Source: Elusimicrobiota bacterium | Lineage (GTDB): Bacteria; Elusimicrobiota; Elusimicrobia; UBA1565; UBA9628 | Length of the DNA: 37,324 nucleotides | Assembly (NCBI GenBank): GCA_027319565.1 | Contig: DAHVNA010000019.1 | Span: 1-37,324 of the forward strand | Reading direction: 5' to 3' | Shown: in pieces, positions 1 through 9,200 of the stretch | How the letters are laid out: every line of letters starts with the position of its first letter | Position numbering within the stretch: the first letter of the stretch is position 1 | Translations under genes and position numbers: made by a program | Notes under the pieces: generated by a model | What the model was told of the DNA's origin: nothing | Database searches by the model: none | What the model saw: the letters and a program-made list of their open reading frames with translations, nothing else

Positions 1-256
1 GTTTAATCATGGGCGCAATCCCCATTAAAGCGTACCAGATTCCAAATATGGCCACCATGGATGATAAATGTTTCCGGCGTTCGAAATATGCCAACAGAGA
101 CATAACGCCAGCCAAAATTAGATATTTTGCAAATGGGCCTTGAAGATATCTATATCCCTGCTGAATATTGACGACTCCCCACAACAAAGCCATGTAGAGA
201 AGAAAGTATCCCCAGCGTTTTTGTTTGTTCACGGGCTTTGCCCCTATTTCCCTCAT
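1..256 (-). CDS. small membrane protein, 3'-partial (runs off window)
   Basis: Hand translation from ATG at 256: MREIGAKPVNKQKRWGYFLLYMALLWGVV...GIWYALMGIAPMIK, open to the window edge. AAGGA SD overlaps the upstream stop; about 3 hydrophobic stretches. Confidence 0.6.
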   Translation of the reverse strand, partial: MREIGAKPVNKQKRWGYFLLYMALLWGVVNIQQGYRYLQGPFAKYLILAGVMSLLAYFERRKHLSSMVAIFGIWYALMGIAPMIK

Positions 257-260
257 GAGA

Positions 261-599
261 TTATTCCTTAACCTGCTTTTTCGAGAACATTGCATAAATT
301 TTTATGCCCAATGCCAAAAGCATGAGCCCCGCGAGGCAACCCCCTGAAAAAATAAAACCCATTCGTCGAGAAAGTATAAAACCAGGATCGAATATTCGGA
401 ACAACTCAACGCATATCCCGAGACAGAGTGGGAAGAATAAAATTAGGGAGGCAATATTTTGCGCCCATTGGGGACTTTTCTTTATCAGCACTTTATGGGA
501 TTTTCCATTGGCATCAAGAAGTCTCTTTCTCATCCTCATAAAGAATATAAGTCCCGCAAAACCCACTCCTGCCTTTAAAAGATGGTCTAGACGTTCCAT
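261..599 (-). CDS. small membrane protein (hypothetical, immunity-like)
   Basis: ORF 261..767 re-started at M57 (ATG 599), which has an AAGGAGAG SD and avoids overlapping the upstream gene; three hydrophobic segments. Confidence 0.65.
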   Translation of the reverse strand: MERLDHLLKAGVGFAGLIFFMRMRKRLLDANGKSHKVLIKKSPQWAQNIASLILFFPLCLGICVELFRIFDPGFILSRRMGFIFSGGCLAGLMLLALGIKIYAMFSKKQVKE

Positions 600-622
600 G
601 ATTAACTCTCTCCTTTTCTTTG

Positions 623-892
623 TCAGCGCATTAAATTGCGGCAGGCGGTCCAAACAAAGCTGGAACCACCTACGACAAAAACAAAACTTATCGAATAAAC
701 AATAATTTTTGTGAGGATTCTGCCAACCTTTGTACCGGACTTCTTGCCAATGTAATCGACATTCCAAAACGCTGCGCTTGATTTAAGTGCGCGTGCGTAG
801 GCTTCATTACGCATGAGGAACATGATTACACCCAGGGCCAACATGACCAAGCCTTGAACTAGATTATTAAGATTAGTAGCTGTATCTGTCAT
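623..892 (-). CDS. small two-TM membrane protein (hypothetical, immunity-like)
   Basis: 89-aa ORF with an AGGAGAG SD before the ATG and two hydrophobic helices. Confidence 0.7.
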   Translation of the reverse strand: MTDTATNLNNLVQGLVMLALGVIMFLMRNEAYARALKSSAAFWNVDYIGKKSGTKVGRILTKIIVYSISFVFVVGGSSFVWTACRNLMR

Positions 893-902
893 TTTTTCTC
901 TC

Positions 903-1106
903 CTAAAAGCCGAATTTGTTTAATAAATCACTCCAAGTAGTTAACAGAATGGTCTGTGTTACAGTTGAAGAAGCGCCGCCGCCGATACCAATACCAATTC
1001 CTCCCACGCCAGAGAAATGCCCAGTATTAAATGGACAGGTCCAGCCTATGACGTTCCCCCATTTTTTAGGCCAAGGTGAATTGGTTATTTTTGAAGTTAA
1101 TATTAT
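903..1106 (-). pseudogene. start-less Gly-rich C-terminal gene fragment (possible orphan toxin tip)
   Basis: 67 open codons with no ATG (…GHFSGVGGIGIGIGGGASSTVTQTILLTTWSDLLNKFGF*); its TAG abuts the SD of the next gene. Confidence 0.4.
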
Positions 1107-1224
1107 TTAGCATGCGCAACATCGCAATAAGTGTAATCCTTGGCGCTCATTTCGTCAATAGGGAGAACATAAATTATCTTCGCATCTTTAAAGGAAAAGA
1201 GAATTTTAAGATTCCACGATTAAT

Positions 1225-1249
1225 AAAAAAAGGGGCCAGCCCCCTTTTT
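1225..1249. repeat. dispersed palindrome AAAAAGGGG(A/C)CAGCCCCCTTTTT, copy 1
   Basis: One mismatch to the copies at 1921-1944 (inverted) and 35142-35164. Confidence 0.8.
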
Positions 1250-1331
1250 ACTGGCGGCAAACCCAGAAAAAACTGGCGCCGCGCCGTTTTAGAGGAGAGG
1301 AAACGCTAAAAATACGCCCCCTCTATGCGTA

Positions 1332-1360
1332 TTGACATTAGGCACACACTATGGCATACT
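1332..1360 (+). promoter_or_regulatory. sigma70-type promoter of the brnT-like operon
   Basis: TTGACA (1332-1337), 17-nt spacer, CATACT (1355-1360) with TGn extension; GTG start 6 nt downstream. Confidence 0.75.
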
Positions 1361-1366
1361 TAAAAT

Positions 1367-1642
1367 GTGAGAATAAGGCTTGAATGGAGCGAGGAAAAAA
1401 ATAAAAAACTCATCAAGGAAAGAGGCATTTCTTTTGAAGCGATCACGTCTTATATCGAGTCCGGCGCCGTTGCGGCCATAGCCCCGGGGCTAGGCCGGTT
1501 TATTCATCAAAAACAGTTCCTCGTCATCGTCAAAAATTATATCTATATCGTTCCTTTCGTAGAAGATAAGAATAAAATTTTTCTTAAAACGATCATTCCC
1601 AGCGAAAAGATGACCAAACTTTATTTATCGGGAGGACTCTAA
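1367..1642 (+). CDS. BrnT-family (DUF497-like) toxin
   Basis: N-terminal EWSEEKNKKLIKERGISFE and C-terminal FLKTIIPS, typical of BrnT-like toxins; 1 nt from the downstream antitoxin. Confidence 0.8.
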   Translation: MRIRLEWSEEKNKKLIKERGISFEAITSYIESGAVAAIAPGLGRFIHQKQFLVIVKNYIYIVPFVEDKNKIFLKTIIPSEKMTKLYLSGGL

Positions 1643-1643
1643 A

Positions 1644-1922
1644 ATGAAAAAAGCTCGTTTAGACAAAGAAGAGCGGGAAATACTAGCGGCCATTGAAAGC
1701 GGGAAGTGGAAGCCGGTCAAGCTCAAGCTGCCGCAACTCAACCGCTACAAAGAAATCGCGAGAAATACCCTGAGGAAAGACCAAAGAATGAACATCCGGA
1801 TTTCAAAGGCGGACATCGAGGGGATCAAGGCCAAAGCGGTGGAAGAAGGCATTCCCTATCAGACCCTGGTCTCAAGCCTCATCCATAAGTATGTCTCCGG
1901 CCAGGCTTTGCCCGGCAGATAA
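1644..1922 (+). CDS. CopG/ribbon-helix-helix antitoxin
   Basis: C-terminal MNIRIS…KAKAVEEGIPYQTLVSSLIH RHH signature; GGAGG SD. Confidence 0.8.
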   Translation: MKKARLDKEEREILAAIESGKWKPVKLKLPQLNRYKEIARNTLRKDQRMNIRISKADIEGIKAKAVEEGIPYQTLVSSLIHKYVSGQALPGR

Positions 1923-1944
1923 AAAGGGGGCTGTCCCCTTTTTT
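1921..1944. terminator. palindrome copy 2; likely bidirectional intrinsic terminator
   Basis: AAAAAGGGGGCTGTCCCCTTTTTT directly after the antitoxin stop; GC stem with T-run. Confidence 0.65.
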
Positions 1945-1970
1945 CCGCGATTAATCTATATAATAGGGCT

Positions 1971-3464
1971 ATGAAACTCATTGAATGCGTGCCGAATTTT
2001 TCGGAAGGAAAAGACCAAAAGATAATACAGTCCATCGTCTCCGCCGCGTCCGAAGTCGAGGGAGTGACGATTCTCGACATTGAAAATGACGCCGATCATA
2101 ATCGTTCGGTCCTCTCATTTATCGCGCCCGCTGAAGCCGCGCTAGAAGCCTGTTTTTTAGTGGCAAAAAAATCAGCGGAGCTTATCGATCTCAACCATCA
2201 TAAAGGCGAACATCCTAGGATGGGCGCAATTGACGTCATTCCCTTTATTCCCGTTTCAGAATCGACGCTGGAAGACTGCCGCGCCTTGGCCAAACGACTG
2301 GGAGATAAAATCGGCAGAGAGCTTCAAATTCCGGTTTATCTCTACGGCGAAGCGGCCCAAAACCCCAATCGAAAAGACTTGGCGAACGTCCGCAAGGGGC
2401 AGTTTGAGGGTCTTAAAGAACTCATCGGCAAAGATCCCGAAAAAGTTCCGGATTTTGGGCCCAACAAAATTCATCCCACCGCCGGGGCCGTCGCCGTTGG
2501 AGCGAGAGAGCAGATCGTCAATTTTAACATCAATCTTGATCTCACGAACCTTGAAGCTGGAAAAGACATTGCCAAGCGCATCCGCGCATCGGGAGGCGGG
2601 CTTGCGGCGGTCAGGGCCAAAGAAATTTTTCTCAAAGCCCGAAATCAAGTCCAAATCTCGACGGTCTTGACCGATTACAAAACCACCGGAATGGCGCGCG
2701 TCATCCAAGAAGCTCAAAAACTAGCCGCGGAAAAAAAGGCGAAGGTCTTAAGCGCCGAAATCATCGGCCTTGTTCCGCAGGACGCGCTGGTTAATTTCGC
2801 CATTGATTCCCTCAACCTTGAAAATTTCAAGCCCGATGCCCAGATTCTCGAGAGAAGGCTTAAACCCAAAACCGGCGCGGAAAACCGGTCTTGGCTGGAA
2901 AGCTCAAAAGCGCTCACAAACGCGCTTCAAAATACCGATCCCACCCCGGGCGGAGGTTCGGCCGCGGCAATTGCCGGCTCCATGGGATGCGCCTTGGCTT
3001 TAATGGCCGCCTCCGTCACGCTCAAATCAAAAAAATTAGATCCTTCCAAGCGTCCCGCAATCGAGAAAAGCAAAAACGAAATTACAGACACCAAAAGCGT
3101 CCTTGAAAAGCTCGCCGAGGAAGACGCTAAATCTTTCGATCAAGTGATGGCGGCTTTTTCGGTTCCGAAAGACAATCCCGAAAGACGCCAGATAATCGAC
3201 TCGGCCTTGCTTAAAGCGGCCGAGGTTCCGCTTAAAACCGCGCAAACATCCCGGCAGGCTCTCAGAGAAACAAATGAACTAAAAAATTTAGTTCAGAATT
3301 CCGTTTCATCCGATCTAAACTGCGCCCTTCATCTTCTTAAAGCCGCAGCGTTCTGCGCGGCGGAAAACGTGCGGATTAATCTCGATTCTCTCGCGGATAA
3401 ATCCAAGGCTGGCCCTATCGAGAAAGCCCTCGACGACTGCCTTAAAACGCTCTCCCCCAATTAG
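1971..3464 (+). CDS. ftcD: bifunctional glutamate formiminotransferase / formiminotetrahydrofolate cyclodeaminase
   Basis: MKLIECVPNFSEG, DHNRSV and HPRMGAIDVIPF in the transferase domain; TPGGGSAAA in the cyclodeaminase domain. Confidence 0.93.
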   Translation: MKLIECVPNFSEGKDQKIIQSIVSAASEVEGVTILDIENDADHNRSVLSFIAPAEAALEACFLVAKKSAELIDLNHHKGEHPRMGAIDVIPFIPVSESTLEDCRALAKRLGDKIGRELQIPVYLYGEAAQNPNRKDLANVRKGQFEGLKELIGKDPEKVPDFGPNKIHPTAGAVAVGAREQIVNFNINLDLTNLEAGKDIAKRIRASGGGLAAVRAKEIFLKARNQVQISTVLTDYKTTGMARVIQEAQKLAAEKKAKVLSAEIIGLVPQDALVNFAIDSLNLENFKPDAQILERRLKPKTGAENRSWLESSKALTNALQNTDPTPGGGSAAAIAGSMGCALALMAASVTLKSKKLDPSKRPAIEKSKNEITDTKSVLEKLAEEDAKSFDQVMAAFSVPKDNPERRQIIDSALLKAAEVPLKTAQTSRQALRETNELKNLVQNSVSSDLNCALHLLKAAAFCAAENVRINLDSLADKSKAGPIEKALDDCLKTLSPN

Positions 3465-3478
3465 CCACGCCGTGCCCC

Positions 3479-3518
3479 TTGAATTCCAGTGTATTATGAT
3501 GTAAGCTATTGTAATACA
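3479..3518 (+). promoter_or_regulatory. promoter and inverted-repeat operator of the RHH/ParE operon
   Basis: TTGAAT-N17-TAAGCT (3479-3507) overlapped by an imperfect inverted repeat TGTATTATGAT (3490-3500) / ATTGTAATACA (3508-3518). Confidence 0.55.
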
Positions 3519-3536
3519 GATTTGAGAGGCTCCTCC

Positions 3537-3779
3537 ATGAACAAACAAACGATCACGTTTCGAATAGACGCGCGGGCAAGAAAGACTTTAGATGCCATCG
3601 CGGCCGGAATGAACCGCGACCGAAGCTACGCGCTCAATGAGGCTGTCGGCAATTATATTCAACTCCATCAATGGCAAGCAGCCCATATTCAAGAGGGACT
3701 GCGCCAAGCTGACTCCGGAGATTTCGCCAAAGATTCCGAAGTCTCGGCTGTCTTTTCCCGCAAGCGTAAGCGCAAGTGA
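3537..3779 (+). CDS. CopG/RHH antitoxin
   Basis: TITFRID…LDAIA…RDRSYALNEAV…IQEGL..AD.G.F pattern. Start moved to ATG 3537 (GAGAGG SD). GTGA overlap with the toxin. Confidence 0.85.
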   Translation: MNKQTITFRIDARARKTLDAIAAGMNRDRSYALNEAVGNYIQLHQWQAAHIQEGLRQADSGDFAKDSEVSAVFSRKRKRK

Positions 3780-4060
3780 AAGTTCTCTGGACTCGATTGG
3801 CGCTATTGGACTTAAACGAGGTTTACGCCTATATCCATGAAGAAAAACCATCCGCCACCAGCCAAATGCTCGCACGGATTGAAAAAACGACTCAAAATCT
3901 TGCCCGGCATCCAGAAATAGGCCGACCTGGCCGGGTCAAGGACACGCGAGAAATCATTGTCACGGGAACCCCATTGATTATCGCCTATCGCCTCAAGGCG
4001 AACAGAGTTGAGTTGCTCGCCATCATCCACGGCGCACGGCGTTGGCCGGATCAATTTTAA
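3776..4060 (+). CDS. RelE/ParE-family type II toxin
   Basis: MKVLWT..AL.DL..VY.YI, P.IGRPG, TRE, IAYR, IIHGAR motifs. Confidence 0.88.
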   Translation: MKVLWTRLALLDLNEVYAYIHEEKPSATSQMLARIEKTTQNLARHPEIGRPGRVKDTREIIVTGTPLIIAYRLKANRVELLAIIHGARRWPDQF

Positions 4061-4128
4061 CCAGAGCCTAAGCATCTTGTCCCCCTCATCCCTAAGGAGA
4101 GAAGGGATTAAAGGATATCTTACCCGGA

Positions 4129-4860
4129 TCAAGCGCCGTTTTGAAGGAAAGACTGAACGAGGGACCAGGCTTGAGGCGCGGCCTTGGGATGATAGTTTGA
4201 CCTGGCATCGCAGAAAAACCCATGATCGGCGTAGGAAAACTCCACATTGACAAAAGGTTTATCGGCCTTGCGCAAAGCCTGGGTCACGGCCTGGGTCTGT
4301 TCCGGCAAGATATGCCCGTCTTTCCCGCCCCAGAAAAAAAGCATCGGGGCGCTTAATTTCGGTACGCGGTCTAAAAGCCCCGGGCCCATCGGGCTTGGGC
4401 CAATGCCGGCCCCGTAAAACGAAATCGCCCATTTTAAAGGAAGGATGGAGTTGGCGACAAAGGCGGCTCGCCCGCCCATGCAAAAGCCGACGCAGCCGAT
4501 TCCGTCTGAAACCGCCGCCGAATTTTGTTTTAAAAAATCATATGCGGCGCGCAAATCCGCCTCAAGACCTTCAATAGTCATCGCCTGCATATGCGGCATC
4601 ACTGCCGAAAAATCCGTGTAAGACCCGGTAAAACCGGCTGGCGCGGAGCGGTGAAAAACTTCCGGAGCGATAGCCAGATATCCTAAATCCGCAAAACGGC
4701 GGGAGACATCTTTAATGTAATCGTTGACCCCAAAAGCCTCTTGGACGACGATCATTGCGCGATGGTTGGGATTTTTAGGCCGCGCGACATAAGCCTGCAT
4801 CGTCGTTTGATCGGACACTTTCAGCGAAACCAATTCTTCTTTTTCTTTGAGCTGGGACAT
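4129..4860 (-). CDS. dienelactone hydrolase family protein
   Basis: VQEAFGVN, nucleophile GFCMGG, DGHI, HGFF. Start at ATG 4860 with AAGGAGG SD. Confidence 0.9.
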   Translation of the reverse strand: MSQLKEKEELVSLKVSDQTTMQAYVARPKNPNHRAMIVVQEAFGVNDYIKDVSRRFADLGYLAIAPEVFHRSAPAGFTGSYTDFSAVMPHMQAMTIEGLEADLRAAYDFLKQNSAAVSDGIGCVGFCMGGRAAFVANSILPLKWAISFYGAGIGPSPMGPGLLDRVPKLSAPMLFFWGGKDGHILPEQTQAVTQALRKADKPFVNVEFSYADHGFFCDARSNYHPKAAPQAWSLVQSFLQNGA

Positions 4861-4924
4861 AAGGCCTCCTTGCGTTTTCACCCCTCATCAGATTTTACCT
4901 AAAACTATTTAATAAAATAAACCC

Positions 4925-6217
4925 ATGGTTCTTTCATCCTCCCCCCCATCCGGGTTTCGCGATTTTTTACCAAGAAATCTCGAACTCCGCCAAAAAGTTT
5001 CCCAAACCATTTCCCGCATCTATCGCTCCTTTGGGTTTGAGCCGATTGAAACCTCGGCTCTTGAAAATCTCGAGGTCCTCACCGGAAAAGGCGGAGGCGA
5101 AAACGAGAAACTGATCTTTAAAGTTCTTAAGCGCGGGGAAAAATTAACAGAAGCCCTTGCAAAATCCGAAGAACTCGCGGATCTCGGACTGCGCTTTGAT
5201 TTGACCCTGCCGCTCGCCCGTTTTTACGCCGCTCATCAAAACGATCTGCCGAAACCTTTTAAGGCTTTCCATATCGCCCCGGTCTGGAGAGCGGAAAGAG
5301 CCCAAAAAGGCCGCTACCGGGAATTTACTCAATGCGATTTGGATATTATCGGTTCCAATAGCTGGGCTTGCGAGCTTGAAATTATATCGGCGATTCTTAA
5401 GGTCTTTGAGGCGCTTAAAATCGAGGGCATGACCGTTTTTCTTAACGATCGTTCCTTGGTTTACCAAGCGCTCGAACAGGCCGGGATTCCGGAAGACAAA
5501 AGAGCTTCAGCTTGTATTCTCATTGACAAGCTCGATAAGATTCCGCGCGAAAAAATCAACCAAGAACTCTCTATTCTCGCGGGCGAAAAAGCTTCTCAAG
5601 CCGTTCAGTCTCTTTTAATGGATAATTCCGAAAACCGCTACGCTGAAGTTTCCCCCTCTTCCTATGCGCATTTAAAAGAAATTTCATCTTCCATCTCCCG
5701 TTTAAACAAAAACGCCCACATTGAAATCACGCCTTCACTCATGCGCGGCTTTGACTATTACACCGGCCCGGTCTTTGAATTTCGCCATCCAAAATTGTCC
5801 GGTTCTCTGGGCGGCGGCGGCAGATACGACCGACTCTTGGAAAAATTTGGCGTTTCCTCAATCGCCGCGTGCGGAGGCTCGATTGGTTTTGAACGCTTGA
5901 TTCTTTTGCTTGAGGAATTGGGACATTCCGATGAGACCCCCGGACCCAAATTTTTTATCGCGGTTTTCTCGGAGGAAATGCTGTCTCAAACCCTTGAGCT
6001 TTCTTCAAAACTGCGAAATTTAGGGCAATCCGTCGATCTCTATCCGGGAGCGGCCAAACTCAAAAATCAATTTAAATACGCCGACCAAAAAAAAGCCCGC
6101 TACGCCCTTATCCTCGGCCCCGATGAAGCCAAGCAAAACCAAATTCGAATCAAGGACCTTAAAACCGGAATCGAGAGCCTGGCGGATTTTGAATCCCTGG
6201 TCAAATTGCCGGACTAA
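4925..6217 (+). CDS. hisS: histidine--tRNA ligase
   Basis: GFRDFLP, LRFDLT, WRAERAQKGRYREFTQCD, RGFDYYTG, GGGRYD, GFERL and an anticodon-binding domain. Confidence 0.96.
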   Translation: MVLSSSPPSGFRDFLPRNLELRQKVSQTISRIYRSFGFEPIETSALENLEVLTGKGGGENEKLIFKVLKRGEKLTEALAKSEELADLGLRFDLTLPLARFYAAHQNDLPKPFKAFHIAPVWRAERAQKGRYREFTQCDLDIIGSNSWACELEIISAILKVFEALKIEGMTVFLNDRSLVYQALEQAGIPEDKRASACILIDKLDKIPREKINQELSILAGEKASQAVQSLLMDNSENRYAEVSPSSYAHLKEISSSISRLNKNAHIEITPSLMRGFDYYTGPVFEFRHPKLSGSLGGGGRYDRLLEKFGVSSIAACGGSIGFERLILLLEELGHSDETPGPKFFIAVFSEEMLSQTLELSSKLRNLGQSVDLYPGAAKLKNQFKYADQKKARYALILGPDEAKQNQIRIKDLKTGIESLADFESLVKLPD

Positions 6218-6222
6218 AGGGA

Positions 6223-9200
6223 CTAGCGATCCACGACGTGGGATTTAAGCCAGGCCGACAAAGATTGCGACTGAGTTTCTTTAAAGTGAACTCCGATTTC
6301 AACGGCTTCCAAGGTTTGATTTGTCTGCTTGTCGGCGCCAGGAAGCTGATGTTCCGGCTGGGCAAAGAAGGCTCGCAACTCATCTAACCACTGGCGCGAC
6401 CATAGATTGGAAAGAGAACCAATGATTCTCAGCGCTCCCAGGCCGCCGGCTTTTTTCAAAAAATCCGCCCAATGAGCCTTCACAAATTCCCAAGCCGTCC
6501 CCTGCGCGTCCTTGTTAGACAAAAGACCGCTGACCGATTTCCAGGAATCTTGACCCCGGATTTCGTCAGTCAAGCTCATTTGAAGGAGTTTCTGGGCCAA
6601 AGCGTCCTGTTTAAAATCGGTCATCGCCATCTGGAAGTTGTTTCTCTCCTCAGGCGTTTTAGCCGCATCCATTCTCTGGCGGTAGTCTTCAAAGCGCACC
6701 TCGTCTCCACTCTGAGCCCCAAGATCTAAAACGACGCTAACCAAGGAGGGGTCAAGGGCGTTGGGATCTTTTAAATACTCATTGAGGCGCTCTTGAATTT
6801 GAGCGGAAAGTTCCGGAGTCGGCGCAATCTGCCCCAAAGCCAAAAGAACAGCGGCGCGGGAAGATTTAATCTCTTCTGAATCATTGGGGGCTCCCCACCC
6901 TAATTTTTGCCAATGCGGGAGTAAAATTTCTTGAGCCCATTTTTGCATTAAAGGCCGATCCTGGGAATCGGCCAAGAAGTCATTAAGCGTCAGCAAATAT
7001 CCGGCGACATCCCGCAAAACGACGCCGCTGTCATCCAACTTCATTTTTTCAAGCGCGTCGAGAAAAACAGACATAGGAAGATCTCCAGCCTTGGCCTCGG
7101 CCCACAGGTCGTTAAGAAAACCCGAGCGTTCAATCGGAGTTAAATCTTGAATCGAGTTTTCCAGAGCCCCTTCAAGCCTTGAATCCAAAGCGGTCCGATA
7201 AAATCCGGTCTGATCCTGGTTTCCGTAAACCCAGAGAACCGCGCCTTGAGACGGAAGGTTTACGGTCATCTCTTTTTCTTTTAAATTCACGCGATAGGAA
7301 TGAACGCCGGATGAATCTTTATACTTAAGAACGACCGGGATATTCCAAATAGAATCTCCGCTCTCGGCTTGTCCGTGCGCGGAAAAACGGCGCTGGGATA
7401 AACGGATAGTTCGGTTGTCTAAAGACAAGGAAGAAATCGACAGCAAAGGATAGCCGGGTATTCCAATCCAATCGTTGGCGATTGCGGCCACATCTTGACC
7501 GGAGGCCTGGGACAGTTCTCTCCACAAATCCTCTTTCTCGGTGTTTTGATACTGATATTTCGTCAAATAATTATGGAGGCCTTTTCTAAAGTTCTCATCT
7601 CCCAAATAGTTTTCCAGCATCCGCAAAAAGGCTCCGCCCTTGTTGTAGGTCAAAGCGTCAAACATCGCCTGCGCCTGTTGAGGAGAAGAAACCGGGGAAA
7701 ATATCGGACGCGTATTTCTCAAAGAATCAACGGATAAAGCCAAGCGCGTCTGTTCCAGAAAATTTTCCCAGATATGCCAATCGGGATGGCGCTCGCTCAT
7801 GGTCTTATAAGACCTGAAATCGGCGAAAGCCTCGTTAAGGAAAAGCCCATCCCACCATTTCATCGTGACCAAATCGCCAAACCACAGATGTTCCTGTTCA
7901 TGATCGACCGTAATTCCGACGTTCTTTTTAACTCCCAGCGAAGACCTTTGATCGGTAAAAATAGCGGCGTCTCTAAAGAAAATAGATCCCCAATTTTCCA
8001 TCGCCCCCGCGTCGAAATCAGGAACCGCGACCAGATCGAGTTTAGGAAGCGGATAATTGACTCCGTAATACTCGTTTAAATGAAGCAAGTTTTCCGCGGC
8101 TTCCCGCAGAGCAAAATCGACTTGCCCCATGTCCTCGGGCCGCGCCCAAACCCGGACCAGGGTTTTTCCGGCCATTCTGCTTTTGGAATCAAGCCGGGCA
8201 ACGGCCAAGGCCAATAGATAAGTCGACATCTTGGGAGATTCCGCAAAAGACACGGTCTGCGAATTTCCATTTTCGCTACGGGAGAGATCCGGCATATTCG
8301 AGACAATCGACAAGTCTTTTGAAGCCGTCACGGTCAGCTTAAATTTCGCCTTAAAAAATGGCTCATCCCAAGAGGGAAACATCCTTCGCGCATCGGCCGG
8401 CTCAAATTGACTAAAAGCGTAATTTTCTTGTTTGCCGTCATGTTTGGCCTGAGATAAGTAAAGCCCCCTTAAATTTTGATTGAGCTTGGCCGAATAGCGA
8501 AAGTCGAGAGATATCGGCCCCAAGGGCAGTTTCTTTCCGGCATCAATCGTCAATATTTGTTTTTCTTGGTCGAAATGAATTTGGGTTTGGGGAATTAACG
8601 CATCATTGAGCCGAACCTCAGAGATATTCATGTCGGCGGCGTTAAGAATAATTTGATCCGTTTCCTTTTTAACGACGGCCTGAATCGTCGCCTCGCCCGA
8701 AAACTCTTGGGTCTCCGGATTAACGCTCAGCCGAAGATCGTAGGCCTGGGGCAATATATCGGTCGGAAGCTGTCCCGGATAAGCCTCTTCTATTGTCCGC
8801 GAATGTCCCCCATCAAAGACAGAATTTTCTTGAACGTTTTTCCCAAGGAAATCTCGAGCGCCCGTTGAGTGGTCAAACAATTTCCCGAGACTTCTAAAAC
8901 TGCTTTCCGAAGAAATAAAATCCGCAAGATTATTTTTGAGGACGCTGGCTTTCTCTTTTAAAGACGCTACTGCCGCCCCAATTTTAGAACTCAAAGAAGC
9001 TTGAGAAACTTTCCCATCGCGGCGACGGTTCAAAGAAGGGTTTTCTGCGGCCCTACTCTCCTCCGGATTCTCAAGAGATTCTTGAGGGTTTCCCAATTCC
9101 ATCTGTCGCTTGAGTTCGGACTCATCCTGCCTTAAGATTAAATTTTGATCCGGCAAGTCGCTTAAAACTTGATCTTGTCCCCAAATAGATAAGTCTTGGG

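Noticed and set aside
600..767. N-terminal extension of ORF 261..767
   Set aside because: Overlaps the 623..892 gene on the same strand; a strong SD supports ATG 599.
304..1309. Plus-strand ORFs 304..705, 916..1110 and 1076..1309
   Set aside because: The first two are antisense shadows of better-supported minus-strand frames; none has an SD or recognisable motif.
4061..4128. Terminator or repeat between convergent parE-like and hydrolase genes (ATCCCT…AGGGAT)
   Set aside because: Short stem, no T-tract and only one copy in the window.
1971..6217. Histidine-themed operon (ftcD near hisS)
   Set aside because: Separated by a TA pair and an opposite-strand gene, each with its own promoter; no other hut genes.
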